A DNA stretch of 64,000 nt, taken from contig JANJGN010000041.1 of assembly GCA_026770705.1 (NCBI GenBank), positions 5,890,001-5,954,000 of the forward strand, read 5' to 3'. The translations under genes were made by a program, and so were the position numbers. The DNA is from Isurus oxyrinchus (taxonomy: Eukaryota). The stretch's first letter is position 1; each line of letters starts with the position of its first letter. The notes beneath the pieces were generated by a model. The model ran no database searches, had not been told where the DNA came from, and saw only the letters and a program-made list of their open reading frames with translations. Below are positions 12,852 to 25,876 of this stretch, piece after piece.

Positions 12852-12923
12852 TTTTCCTGAGTATAGTGGTGAGTGTCCATACCTTCCACACGGGGGACCA
12901 GGGCTCAATTCACCACTGTGGAG
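12852..12923 (+). pseudogene. tRNA-Asp-derived pseudogene
   Basis: 72 nt aligning without gaps to vertebrate tRNA-Asp(GTC) (about 52/72 by eye). AGTATAGTGGTGAGT A-box region intact; B box decayed (GGCTCAATTC); anticodon position reads TCC; stems broken. Confidence 0.7.
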
Positions 12924-13929
12924 AAAATTTGTTATTTGGATTGTGCGCTGCAGAAGAAGTGCTCACGGTTTTGGTTAGCAAATCGGTTTTCATTTCTGCA
13001 TGATGATCGAGCTAAAGATCACCTCCTCATCATTTGGGACAGAAGGCAGTTTTGCAAATGTACATCATGAATAATGTTTCTGGAAAGATCCCCTGTGGGC
13101 AACGTCCCTTCAATTCATCATGCTGCCTGCTTCCACTTTGTAGACGTCGCAACGTTTACCCAAAATAACGCTTCCCATTGTTTATTCAGGGCAATTATAT
13201 AAAAAAAACATGCTTTAGCATCGACAAGTGCAAAAGTTACCCCACACTTTGCGGTAACCAATAAGGTCAACATAATTCACATCCCGACCACGATTGAACA
13301 TCCGGGGCTCACTGATGTCAATAGGTTCCAGGCAGGATCACAGCTCCACCTCGCCTGTACCCGAAGATGTGGGAGCCTTAAGTAAGATTAGGATGGCCAG
13401 AGTGCCACTGCAATGTACGCAATGTGTTTCAGTAAGCTCCAAACAGGCAAAATCACCAAAGAAAAACATTTGAATGCAAGGTAATTTTCATTTCGCACTC
13501 CACCCTTCTTTCAATTCATTCCTAAATTGGTACATTACTTATGGCATGTGAACACTTCCTTGCAGCACTTAAAATTCGATTGGAAGGAAATAACAACTTG
13601 TGTGCAGTCACCAGAAAAAGGCTAAGGTAATCACATGTATACACACAGTTTCTCCAAGAATCCCGTGGTTCTGTCAGCATCGCATCAAGTCTTTGTCACC
13701 TGGTAACTCGACTTCAACTAAAGTTCCGGCTGCCAAATGAGCCTGGATTTTGAAAGCCGCTCACTGAACTCTGCAGAACACGCTGTGCCTAAAGGTGAGA
13801 TATGCTTTTTCAGCTTGGTATGCAGCCCGAGTTATGCATGGCTTCTTCGTCCTAACTAAGAGTTCCTGTCCCAGGTGTGACGTGCAAATGTCCAAAATGT
13901 TCACTGGGCGAGAAAACCGTCAGTTTTCA

Positions 13930-14030
13930 CAGAAACCCAAATTGTTGGAAAAACACAGCGGGCCTGAAAGCATCTGTCGAAAGAAAGACACGGTTTACTT
14001 CAGGAGTCCGTGTGGCACTTCTTAAAAACG
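13930..14030 (-). mobile_element. Old degenerate Penelope-type terminal repeat (also ~35237-35337)
   Basis: TGGAAAAACACAGCGGGCCTGAAAGCATCTGTCGA... resembles the arm TGGTAAAACTCAACAGGTCTGGCAACATCGGCGGA at 14216. Confidence 0.5.
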
Positions 14031-14163
14031 GTAATTTGTCAACTGTGTTTGGACGTGTTTGCATGTGTTGCCATAGGAAAGCGATCCCAACTCATTTCTG
14101 CACTGCTCCTTAAGCAGTTAACATTCAGTTTGAAATGAAAACAGCCGTGTGGATACCTATATA

Positions 14164-14412
14164 TAAAAACAAAAATCTGCGGATGCTAGAAATACAAAAC
14201 AAAAACAGAATTACCTGGTAAAACTCAACAGGTCTGGCAACATCGGCGGAGAAGAAAAGAGTTGACGTTTCGAGACCTCATGACCCTTCGAAGGGTCATG
14301 AGGACTCGAAAAGTCAACTCTTTTCTTCAGTCATGAGGACTCGAAACGTCAACTCTTTTCTTCTCCACCGATGCAGCCAGACCTGCTGAGTTTTTCCAGG
14401 TAACTCTGTTTT
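14164..14412. mobile_element. Fold-back (palindromic) element made of two inverted Penelope-type terminal sequences
   Basis: Inverted arms ~14202-14289 and 14290-14412 centred on GACCCTTCGAAGGGTC; right arm has a 35-bp direct duplication; arms match the end of the Penelope element at 9796-9870. Confidence 0.8.
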
Positions 14413-15579
14413 GGTGTCGATAACTATCCTGTTGTGTTGTAAGCAAATGAATTACAGCTTTGCCCCGGTCCCCAATCCTCCATCCTCACAGTGCTTTTCG
14501 CCTGAAGCCGGCCTGTGAACCCCATATTTGAGTACCAGGTTTGCAGTGCGCTGGGTGTAGGCTACATATGGCACAGCCACACCACATTGCTTTTAGCAAG
14601 GTGCTATCAGGACCTCATGTACTGGGAACCAGATTGGCCTTGAGATTTCAGACATTCTGTAGTGGAGCTTCCTGTGCTCACCGTGTGTGGCATTTTGGTA
14701 CATAGGCATATTCCAAATGAACTGCAAGACCTACCCAGAGAACCGGGCCTCTAATGAACATATTTCCGAAAGCAGGCATGCAGCACTTTGCAAGATTATC
14801 GGTTTTGCGGATTTTGCCCTGCCTACAACAGTTGGAAATGGTTCACCGGCAGTGAGTTTGTAAATTTTCATTGGCTTTCTATGAGGCTGAAAGGATATGC
14901 AAGTCTTGCACTGACATCAAAGTGAATTAAAACAAACTGCCTGGCAGGCCTTGAGCTACCATCTGAGGATTTGCAGAACTCAGTGAGTGAAGCCTGCCAT
15001 GTTCTAAACTTGTTTTTGTCAGGCGGTATTTAATTTGCCCATCCAGTTAGTGGCCTTGGAGTGCTTTCTGCCGAATTATCAAACTTCCGCAATGAACAGA
15101 GGGGTGCGTTATTCAAAGCGGCTCTGGTATCTTGGAACACATGACCAGCAACGGTTTTTAACAACATCTCTATCCTCAGTTATATTGTCAATTGAAAACA
15201 TTCTGAGTTAGCAGCAAAGCGCTCGCACGCAGCTGACTGCCTCCGTGTACTGACATATGAAAGGCCATTGGTCCGTGAATACGACTTCCCTCTGTAGCTA
15301 CCCAGTAGCATCTCTGCAAGGTTTTATACTTGGCTCTTTGAAAAGGCTGCCAGTGGTCCTGAAATGAATGTGTAATCCTGTGTCAAGCTCTTTGACCGCA
15401 TTCTTAGACAAACATCGACAAATATATGACAAACAGAGCTGGAGAAATTAAACAGCCTTAAATGGTGCCACAAGTGGCATGAAATGGGTTCACACAGAGA
15501 ACCACTTTGCATCGCTCTGATTATGACGCCATCGTCATGAAGTGAATGACACTGATCATCTGCTCAGGGCTGTTGCATA

Positions 15580-15795
15580 TTCATGGCTGAGTTGGATGTT
15601 TTATTGACCAATAAGGGAGACTAGGATCATGAGGATGTACGTGTGTGCTGTGAGGGAGGTGACTGAGCGGGCCAACGGAAGTTGCTGTTTGGGGGAGAGC
15701 AGGCAGGATAGCGGGGCTGAGGCCACGATCGGATAAACCATGAATTTTCCGATTTGCAGAACAGGCACAATGGGCTGACATTTAACTATTCTGTT
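15580..15795 (+). mobile_element. Old CR1 3'-end fragment; also ~36887-37102
   Basis: GAGCAGGCAGG..GCTGAGGCCACGATCGGATAAACCATGA..GAACAGGC resembles a CR1 3' UTR. Confidence 0.45.
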
Positions 15796-16967
15796 TTAGG
15801 TGTTTGTTGAAATGCAACCCACACCAAAGCAGCAGGCGCCATTGATTGGGATTCATTGTAATCAGTGTTTCCATCTGCAAACGATTGTCTAAATAATACA
15901 TTTCAGGGCGAGGCGATTTCGGTGCGGAATGCCTTCCCAGCGATGTGCTATATATATCCCATTATTTTATTCAAAACATTGTTTTTCATTCACTTCAAGC
16001 ATCACTCTGGATTGAGTATGTGTGTGCGTGAGCAGGAGGATTGGATGGCACGGGGAAGCGTTACTGAGGCTGGATAGGGCTGGATTGTCTTGAACGCATT
16101 ATGTTGAAATATTTCGGTTGGGAATACAAAAGCCTTCTCCATACACTTTCTATTGCAGATCAGGTCACCACCAATACCAACTTGCCAGGCCCTACGGTTG
16201 TGTTTATAATTTCCAGTCATAATGGTGTAGATTAATGTGCAATGAAAGAGAATGTCAGTCAAGTCACCGACCAAAGTGTCAGTGCCACAGGAATCCACAA
16301 AGCGATTTGGGCAGTGTATGAGTTCCATCTGGAAGCTTAAATGTCAAAGACAAACATCACACATGTGCCCCGTTGGAACATGGAATGTGTCCCGAAACAC
16401 ATGACAGTGGTGGACATCTGAAATTTCCCCCATTACCTCTGCTGGCAATTCAGGCCAATTGAGTTTCTTAAAATTATTTTGATCTAAATTAGTAACGATT
16501 TGATTCCCAACATCGCTATTCAGGTCAATCACTTCCCGCCGTGACTGTCCAATATGGGATCTACCCATTGCTCGTTAAAATATAACCCCTTCAAATTTTT
16601 GACCGCACACATCATTCCAATGTTCGACTTTTCACTTCGATAAGGTTCCTTTCAGAAGGAGAGTGACTGACGTAACCTGTTTGTTCAAGGACTGAAATTA
16701 ATTAATTTCTTTAGGGGACATGAATGTGCTCATGGGGATTTATCTGCTGTCTACATAACTGTTTCTCTGAATGTCACATTTCTTGTTTCGCAAAAGGTTC
16801 AGTGCATCTGTTTCAACAGGAGTTAGCTCTTCTGACAGTGGGTATAATTTCTTGTACTTCTTCAGATACCTGGGCCATTTAGAGACACATTCTCGAAGCT
16901 CTCAGTTTCCGATGTACATTTATGAACATGCTCTCGGAATAACAATGTAAATTTCTGTCCTTATTTC

Positions 16968-17240
16968 CATTCATGGATGATGGCAACACTGGCAAGGCCA
17001 GCATTTATTGCCCATCTCTAATTTCACTTGTGAAGCGGGTGGTGAGCTGCTGCGGTCCTTGTGCTGTAGTTACATCCACGGTATTAGTATGGGGGAGCTA
17101 TTAATTTGACACAGGGACAGTGAAGGAACGGCGATATTTTTACGAAATCCGGACGATGAGTGGCTTGGAGAGGAACATTCAGCGAGTGGCTTTCCCTTGT
17201 TCATGTTGCCTTTGTCTTTCCACATCGTAGCGCTCGTGGT
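16968..17240 (-). mobile_element. LINE 3'-end fragment (same family as 49800-50100); also ~38274-38546
   Basis: CACTGGCAAGGCCAGCATTTATTGCCCATCTCTAATT...GGTGGTGAGCTGC is the reverse complement of the 3' end seen at ~50010-50090. Confidence 0.6.
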
Positions 17241-17500
17241 TTTGATTAGTTAACTAATGGGCTGCATTTTAGGTAAAGGTAGCAACTTTTCTCTGATCCC
17301 TGTTACGAATGCTATCTTGTCAGTTTTAACATGATGCTCTAGAACAATTAACGTGGCATCTCTTCCGAATCTCTTGTGTTTGTAACGTGTTTCCCTTATT
17401 TCCCTGCGATGAATTTAAAAAGAGGATTTCTACGCTTCAGCTCCCAAGTTCATTCCATCTTGTGCATCCATCTCTGCAGGAAAGACATCTCCTCTTAAAG

Positions 17501-17570
17501 ATGGGAGAACTGATACTTCATCAGATAGAAGCCATTTATTATCCTATTCTCGCGGCTATTGGCGTTCCTG
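17501..17570 (+). CDS. GPR139-like GPCR copy 2, coding exon 1 (MGELILHQIEAIYYPILAAIGVP + 1 nt)
   Basis: ATG in strong Kozak context (AAGATGG); 70 nt followed by GTAAG donor at 17571. Phase 1 joins in frame to 25877 giving ...YYPILAAIGVPVNVVAIVILS, parallel to GPR139 TM1 ([21 protein letters not shown]). Confidence 0.88.
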
Positions 17571-18739
17571 GTAAGAACCTAAACACAACCATTACCTGTA
17601 TAAATTAATGTTGACGTTCTTCTCAAAGGACGGTTCCAATAATATATGAATAGTTTATTTAATGTTGGGCAGTCATCGAAGAAGGGATGTATGTTTAACC
17701 ATAACGTTAACAGGTTTCTTCCTGTTGGTCTATCTTTCACTCCGTGGTCCCCAAAGCTGACACCGTATTCATGCTTTAGGGAAGGCCTTGTGGGCTCTGC
17801 AATAATTATCAAAATCAAGTGCAAACCCAGTTTGAACTGGTAGAAAACACCATCTATGAAAATCTGTGCAGAGGCAAATTCGTATTCTGAAAAATTGTGC
17901 ATGAAATACTTCAAGTCTTTGCCAGTGCTTTTCCTCCATTTTCCAATATTTAAAAGAAAGGGATCCCTGTCAAATCAAATAGTTATTGCGACAGCGATAC
18001 TTGTACAAATCTGTAGGCAGAGACGATTTCTGGAAGTTCTGGTGAAAAAGATAAGTGTGTGTGCTGAAGATATTTGATGTCTAAATAATTTGTCTGTTGA
18101 AATACATGCATTTCTACAGCCTCATTTATCGAACCTAATGAATGTACATTTGGTGTACTCACTGAAGTACCGCAAAAGGTGAAAGGCAATTTTTGGTCGG
18201 GAAGCTTGCACCAGCAGCAAGTTGACAATGACCGAATGATCCGTTTTGTAGGCTTTTGCAGATGTTTAAATAGTGTTCAGGACATAAGGGCTACGACAAT
18301 GTTGTTCTTTAAAATAGGGGCATGGAATATTTGACGTTTACCTTGTGCAATGATCTGACATCTGTTCTGAAAGTTACTACTGCCGATAGTGCAGAACTAC
18401 TTCACTACGGCCACTGGAGCATTATCCGAGAATTTTGTTTTCAATTACTGATGCATGACGTAAGTAATCAAACATCTATCTCAGCATGGAGATTGCTAAC
18501 TCAGACATAAGTGGTCCGACTTCTGAACATCTATGCAACCCGAGTAGTTGTCACATTCTCATTATTCTGCTCACATCAATTTCTAGCCATCCACTTCCTG
18601 CTGTTGAAAACGCTGCTTCCAAATCTAACTGATTTACATTGAGGATTGGAGTGGATTGATATTAAGCATTGTCAGAATACCCTGCTGCCTTTGGAAACTC
18701 ACATTGCCAGGTTACATAGTGGCAATGACAGAGGGATAT

Positions 18740-19150
18740 AGGAGCATAGGAAATACGAGTAGAATTTGACCATTTGGCAACACGAGGGTGCCCCACTACT
18801 AAAGTATATCTTAGCTGAAATTATGCCTCCACAGCATTCCGTGCACTATCTTAAATTTTTGGATGCATTTAATATTGCGAAATCGGTTCATTGACACCTT
18901 CAATATACTCAATGAATGCCCATGTGCCGAAGATGCAGTACATAATTTCGAACATTTACCCTTCCCTGAATGACGAATTCTTCCTAATCTCAGTTCTAAA
19001 TGCAAACCTCTTATCCTGATTTTGCTTTTCCTGGTTTTAGACACAACCGCCAGGTGAAATATGCATGCAAGATCTACATCACCACAACTTATCAGAACTT
19101 TGAATTCTGCAGTGAGGTCTCTTCTCGTTTCCCAATGCTTCAGAAAGCAG
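18740..19150 (-). mobile_element. Old CR1 3'-end fragment in the GPCR intron; also ~40046-40456
   Basis: Antisense CR1 3' UTR-like text (CATAGGAAATACGAGTAG..GACCATTTGGC; CCTTCAATATACTCAATGA; TTCTTCCTAATCTCAGTTCTAAATG). Confidence 0.5.
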
Positions 19151-20149
19151 AGGATGAGGCTCGTCAAAGTCTCCACAAAGGACAATACCAGATAAAACCC
19201 TGTAATCCAACAAGTAACCAGTTCAAAATTCCTTGTCGCAGAGCTACAGCAACACCTGATGAAACCTACACCAAAGGAGCAGAATGGAATTTTTGACCGG
19301 CACCACAAACATCACCATCAACACTCCACATGACAATTGCAAAGTTGGGGATACTCTGGCTTGGGTTTACAAATTATTGTTGCACAAATCAGCTAAAGCT
19401 GATTATCCACAGTGCCTCCTGAATGCCCACTTTTGAGTTGTTAATCAATGTGAAATCTACCCCAATTTGCACAATGGTTGTCTCACGCAGTATGATGGAG
19501 GGAAGCCCTAATGTGAGGAGGAATTATTCTGCACAAGGACCGCGCGGTGCTTAACCCTATCAATCCTTTAATGGACAGATGCACATGTGGTGGGTAGCTT
19601 GTTGGAGCGAATTCACTTAGATTTTTGCATCTGGTTGGTTCCTTCGTCATCTGCTAAAATCCAATCTAGAAGTTATCTTTTTACCTCGGCCAGCTCGGCC
19701 ATTATTAATTCTACAGATCCCCTCTTACTCACAGATATCGAGGTGCCCGTTGTAAAGCTTTTTTTCTTGTCAATCTCCAAAACGTGGGCCTTTGAAGACC
19801 ATCGATTCATTCGCTACACAGCAGGAGGGGACAGTCATTGTCCATATGGTACGTGACGTCATTGATTTCATTTCAGTACCACGTGCTCTCAAGGATATTT
19901 AAAATGATGCAAACTGAACGTGTTGCAAAATGCTATTTAGGAATGCAATAATACAGTGGAGCGATATCGAAAAATTCGGTGGATATTTCACCTTTTAGAT
20001 TAGATTATTTCACTCAGATTTTTGCTGATGATTCATATGAACTTTAAAGCAGTAAGAGGAATTATCAAATATAGAAAAACAGCATGAATAATTAAGTTCA
20101 CGGAATGATTGCAAATCAAGCAGTCTGCTGTGTCCTGGATTAAATCAAT

Positions 20150-21530
20150 ATTCTTGAATTCTATTGGAGCATAAGGCATCAAGAAAGTTATAGAGTATCC
20201 CATCACACTCCTGATTTGTGCATTTTAGATGGAAGAAAGATTTTAGAGAGTGCCTTGCTCACCACAGCAGTCACAACTTCTTGTCAATGTTTTGTCCAAG
20301 GACATTGAATACGGGGGCTTAAGCGATGGTAACGTGATTAAAACGCAAGTGTATATTGTTGGATGATCTTTTGGTGCAGGTGTTCATTGGCTGTCAATTT
20401 TCTGCGCCGGATATTACCTGTCATTTTTTTCAGCACAAGTCTCGCTATTACACAGTTCTTGATGTAAATGGGCATGGATTTCAACAGCATCAATTTTGTC
20501 GCAAATTGAACATTGAACAATCATCAATGGACACAATCCCCTCCCAATACCCCACCCCTCCCCACTACACCAAATATTCTTCTGTGTATAAAATGCAGAA
20601 AAGTTCATTGATGCAGCAGCTTAATATGGCTGTGCTCAGGACACTGCCCACAGGCTCTCGTCTAGTGATGTCATGGGGCTGACATAAATCTCTGGAAAAC
20701 AAAAGAAAAATGTAAAGAAAAAATATTTTCGCTTGGTATGACTTCAAGCAGTGGAGAACCGGCTCTTTAATCTTATTGACTATAATTCTTATAGCCCTCG
20801 TTGATACGCTAGTGTAATGACTGTTCTCCTGATCTAAAACACAGCCCCTCTCTCCTCATCACATGAGTACAGCACTTTTGAACATGTTTAGACCAAGGCA
20901 AAACGGAGATTTGGAGCACGCACAAAGCAAGAATTGAGTTTCATTGAGCAGTTTACCGCTGAGCATGTGGTGATAAGAAGCATTGCCCATGATACTTTTT
21001 AACACTTTGGTTATGATGAAATGTGGGCCGATGGGGCTGTAATTAGAATGCTAGGATTTGTCGTGGTTTTTTTGTGGATAGGTATACCAGTGAAAATGCT
21101 CACACTTTTGCTTCGATGCCAGTGTTTTAGATGCACCATACCAGCTTCGATAGGAAGGCTTATTCAGGAGCACTGATTTCCCATCCTCTTGGCTTTATCT
21201 AAAAGCACCCATAGCCTTTGCATCATACAGATCCTTCTGTCATTCCATAAATTCATGTGCTGAGAATCACATTGTATGAAGACTGGAAATAGTGATGCTT
21301 GTCACCCCTAGGAGGAGGCCGGGATGGTTCATCCACCCGTCAATTCAGGGTGAATGCGGCTGCAAATTCTTCAGCCATGTATATGTTGCCGGGCACTGTG
21401 CTACAGATTCATTGCCGATGGGGACATTGTTGGAGAGCCATTGAGTTGCAAAATGTTCCACCAACATTAAAGTCGATTGTGACAGGACTTCAGATCTGAG
21501 CTATCGTTATTTGTTAGGGGGATCAATGAG
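20150..21530 (-). mobile_element. Fragmented non-LTR retrotransposon relic (RTEX-like, tentative) in the GPCR intron; also 1-340 and ~41456-42860
   Basis: CCCATCACACTCCTGATTTGTGCATTTTAGATGG is antisense to an IYKAQVRSVMEYS-like motif also seen near 63880-63915; further antisense ORF remnants to ~21530. Boundaries approximate. Confidence 0.5.
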
Positions 21531-24500
21531 TCCAGTAATTCTCATACTGAACATGCTGTTTTGCTTGCAACTCGGCCTGTCTTACAATTCACCAGGTTAA
21601 GCTGTTTTGTTAGGTAGGATCGCTGCTGCCTTGGACATACGAAAGATGTTGGCTGGGTTCTTTTGTTTGTGCACATGACCCCGCAAGCCTGGAAGGACAA
21701 GAGCAGAAGAGGCATGGGAACGCTCTTAATTGCAAATCCTTTCCAAGTCACACACCAAGCTGACTTAGCGATTTATCACGGTTCCTTGACTGTCACAGGA
21801 TGAAAAATCTGGAAATCCATCGCTTGTAGCAAAGTATCTGCACCCGCTTCACATGGACTGCAACGCTAGAAAAAAAAAAACATTTTCAAGAAGAATTAAT
21901 GAAAACGGAAATCAAATTAGTAATCTTGTCAATATATTCAAAGAAAAGAAAATGTTGCAAGATGACCCAATGATGAATACTGATATCATTTTTGAATTGA
22001 AATTACGGCCCTGGCTGCTTCTTTTCTTCCAATTCAACAAAAATGAACTAAAAAATGCATGTTTAAATGTAAATTATTTTACGATAACACTGGCCCCTAG
22101 CTGAGAATGTATATTTCAAATGAACTCCTGAATATCCAAATCTTTAAAAAAATGATTGGCTCCAATTATCGTCCGCAAGTTGGAGCCACCCCCCACCCCA
22201 ACCACGTCACCCCCAAAACCCCAAATCCCCACCACCCACCCACCTCAAATATGCAGAATTTTCACAAAGATCAATAACGTACGTTGCTTATAATGACATT
22301 CCGTACATAAATCTCCCCAGTTGCAGATGGAGAACGGGCGGGCCCACCTTTTACCAGTTACTAATTAGCAAGTTATTAAGATTGTGAACGAGACAATTGT
22401 ATGTTTTCTTGATTCTTGCTCTGCACTTGTCATGGCCCAGACGAGAGAGAAAAGAATGTTTCTGGGCAGCTACCATCAGGCGAGAATCGCGCAGAAGAGT
22501 GGTTCTGCCTCCGGGACCATGATTAAATGTAGCAACAGATTGTGCTGGGGAAGATGGCAGCGACGTCATGTTTACTTTTCAGATTTTTGATTCTTGCCTG
22601 AGCTTTCAACAAAAAAACATTTTTTGGAAAAACAGTTTCTGTGAGCAGGTGGTCTTGAGCTTGCAACCAGACCGACTTTCTGTTCGCAGCATTACACTCT
22701 GCCACATGATGTTCAGGTTTTCACTGCAGATGGGACGGGGAGCCCATTTTGCATCACTCATTGCTTCCTCTCCGTTGGAATTTAATGAATTGTGGAGCGG
22801 GAGGTGGTCTACTTATTGTAGTGTTTCTTTATGCTCATATATGACGATTAACGTTCTGAGCCTGCACCGCAGGATTTGTCTCGCATATCTAGTTTAATTT
22901 CTGCTATCGAACCTGCAGCAACGCGTCATAACCACAAACACTATTCAGTGGATCACACTCGCTGGTGCATTCGCCACAACATTCACAAGTTGACTGAAAT
23001 AAATTAGTTCTTAGGTTTCTGTCTTGAATGAAACATTTGGCACAGAAAATTGTTAATTTGTACTTATACTGCGAATAGAACATTGTTGTTAAAGTGATAT
23101 GGATCTGGGACCCGGGAGGAAATTCCATCGCTCTGTAGTTCTTCAGACACGGGTGTTTGCAGTAACGACACCAAGAAGCACATAAACCAAACAGCAAATT
23201 AATAACAGGTCAGGAGCAGAGTGCATTTGCAGATTGCAAGGGGTCATTCTGTGGCATATATATTTTTTCATTTCTCTAGTTTATTTAGCAATGAATAACG
23301 TTGATAATATATTCGATGACTGTATACTTAATTTGCCAGGTAATCAATGGATAATGGTTTCGATAGATCACTATTTCATTCGGTAGATAATTGGATGGCT
23401 CAATCCAGGGCATTTCAAAGTTTAATTCGGAAGCAAATACTGGAAATATACTGATAATTTATTGGACAACAGTTTTGATCTTTAATTTGTTCAAAGATTG
23501 ACTGTTTCATTATATAACCGTTTAAATTACGGTATTTTATAAACTGCCCCTTATTCACAGTGTCAACCAGTACAGTTTCAAGTGATGATAATTTGGCTAA
23601 CAATCTTTGGATAAATCACAATACTGCACGGATAATTATGTCACTCAGTTTAAAAGCATGTCATTGTAGGAATATTATTATTTGGTTTGCTCAAACAATA
23701 ACAGGTATCGGGTAAATGAAGGTTATTTTGCATTTTTGACATATATTTTAAACTGGAATTGTGTCAAAATAGCTTTGAATTCTAAAACTTCCATTCTTTC
23801 CAGTGCAGCCTAAATGTCAACAGAAACTCAAACTTTAATTTGTATCCATTGCCTGGCATTTTCAAAGCTGCTTGTGATTACCTTTGACAGCTCCATTAAG
23901 TCAATTAATGTTGATGTTTGCATGCGAGTTAGAAAATTGTGCATCGGAGGCTGCCAACTGGACTGCGTTTGTAACAGAAATAGACATTTTTGTGTGTGTA
24001 TCGTTAAAGCTTACCAAATTGCAAACTGATTTAAAAATGTAAAAAGCTGTTTATATTTATCCGACTAATTCGCCTTACTTCATTCAAAGTTCATCTAAAT
24101 CATTAACCAACATTGACTGAATTAATATCATTCAAAATGTTAATTCACCACCCCTTTTACAGACGTTCAATGCATTGTTGTTTCCCTGAGTTCAAGTTTG
24201 CGAAAACTCTACGTTCAGTCTGCACCATGTTGCAGAGCCTTGAATACACCTGGTAAACGAATTAACTCTCTATCTACTTATACAATTATTGTGGGAATGT
24301 TTTCCATTATCTAATGTGTGCCTCCCGAATCTAATCGGAGATTTCAATCAGAAAGCTATTCTGCACCTTTACCAGATCCATGACATCTTATCCTATACCA
24401 TCGCCAACAGAACTATATAGAAAATGTCGGCAGCGATCCGATGACATACTTTCGAAGATAATTCAGGCTAGATCATTTAACTTGCTTCGAAATGCAGACA

Positions 24501-25876
24501 ATAATTTAATAAACGTGCGTATCAAGTTATCACATATCTGGCAGCTACAAATTAGTTCACTGAGATTCACTAAGAAAATGTATTCTTCAGAATTCAAATG
24601 GAACTTCACTTATTAAGCAACAGAAATCATGATGCAACCGTGATTATCTGAAGCTCACGTCAGTTTTCCTTGACTTATATACATCATTTAGTTTAATCAG
24701 TATAAATGTTTTGAATTAATCTTCAGCATTCTAATGCAGCATTGAATAACTTTGCTAATTCACTAAAAATATTCCTGCATTTTGAAGAAAAAAGAAATAT
24801 GCATTTTATAGCCGATCAATGATTGGAAACGATGCCCTGTCTACTTGAAAGCAAAAAGCCAGTTATGACCTCACCAGAATCAAATCTTCGAATTGCTCAT
24901 TAATATTGCTTTGCAAGCAATGTGCCCTTATGGCCAAAAAATCATGCCAACTCCATCTGATAACAATGTCACCGTTCCCATTCTGGCATTAAAGTGCCCT
25001 CTTGATCACGATGGGCTGCACCCATTCTGCATAGCAACTTTGCTTCGTTCTTTCTGCAATGAATTAGCGATGCATTCACCTGAAATTCTCCTCAGCATTG
25101 CCCAGCCAGCATATCAATCACACACATGATTGAGCAGCTCTCTGGAATAAAACTTCTCACTGGGAACCTGCATAATACTGTCACTCTGTACTGATTTTCA
25201 TTGTACAGCCACTATGACAACTCCTGTGTCAACTTGCATCAGGCCTTTCCGAATGCTGGTCTTTTATTGACCTCAGTGACTATTCTTTGGCCCTGTGTGT
25301 TTACCTTTCCATCTTTACCCACACAAGCGTTCAGATTATGTTCGTGTCCCTGGGCAATATTTTACCCTCAAGCTCTAAGTCCTGTTGCACAGTCGTCCTT
25401 CCCACTACTTATCACAACTATAGGTCACCAGCACGCATTGCACCAGTACCTCTTCCAGAGTATAATTCCACATGGCCCAAATTCTATTTTGTGCATTTAT
25501 TTCCCACTTCACGTCGTAACAACACACATGGATTGGCTCTTTATACCTTTCATTTACCTTTTAATATTCAACATACCCAGCCGTTTGTATGCTTTCAAAT
25601 TGTCCAATTCAAATTTGCTTTCAGCAAACTCAATCATAATTGCAGAATAGTTGTCCAGTTTACTTTGACATTCGTTTCAAAAGCAGAATTATGATGTGAC
25701 GTTTCTCTTCCCTATCCATTTTCACTGGGTCCCGTTTACATTTAGAACATGGTCACGTCAAAAAGCAGGTCGTGCATATTTGGGTCAAATGGACGATCCT
25801 TTGCTGCAACAGGAAGAAGATTAATTATATTCATCTGTGTCGTCAACCTCATGCTCTCTCTATCTCTCTCTTACAG

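Noticed and set aside
12852-12923. Functional tRNA-Gly(TCC) or anticodon-switched tRNA
   Set aside because: Acceptor, anticodon and T stems are mismatched and the TTC/B-box is mutated.
14430-15300. Possible LTR-retrotransposon remnant
   Set aside because: No convincing RT, RNase H or integrase motif and no paired LTRs recognised.
17414-17421. TATA-like TTTAAAAA ~85 bp upstream of the exon 1 ATG
   Set aside because: Plausible position but a weak match in AT-rich DNA; cannot be supported without TSS data.
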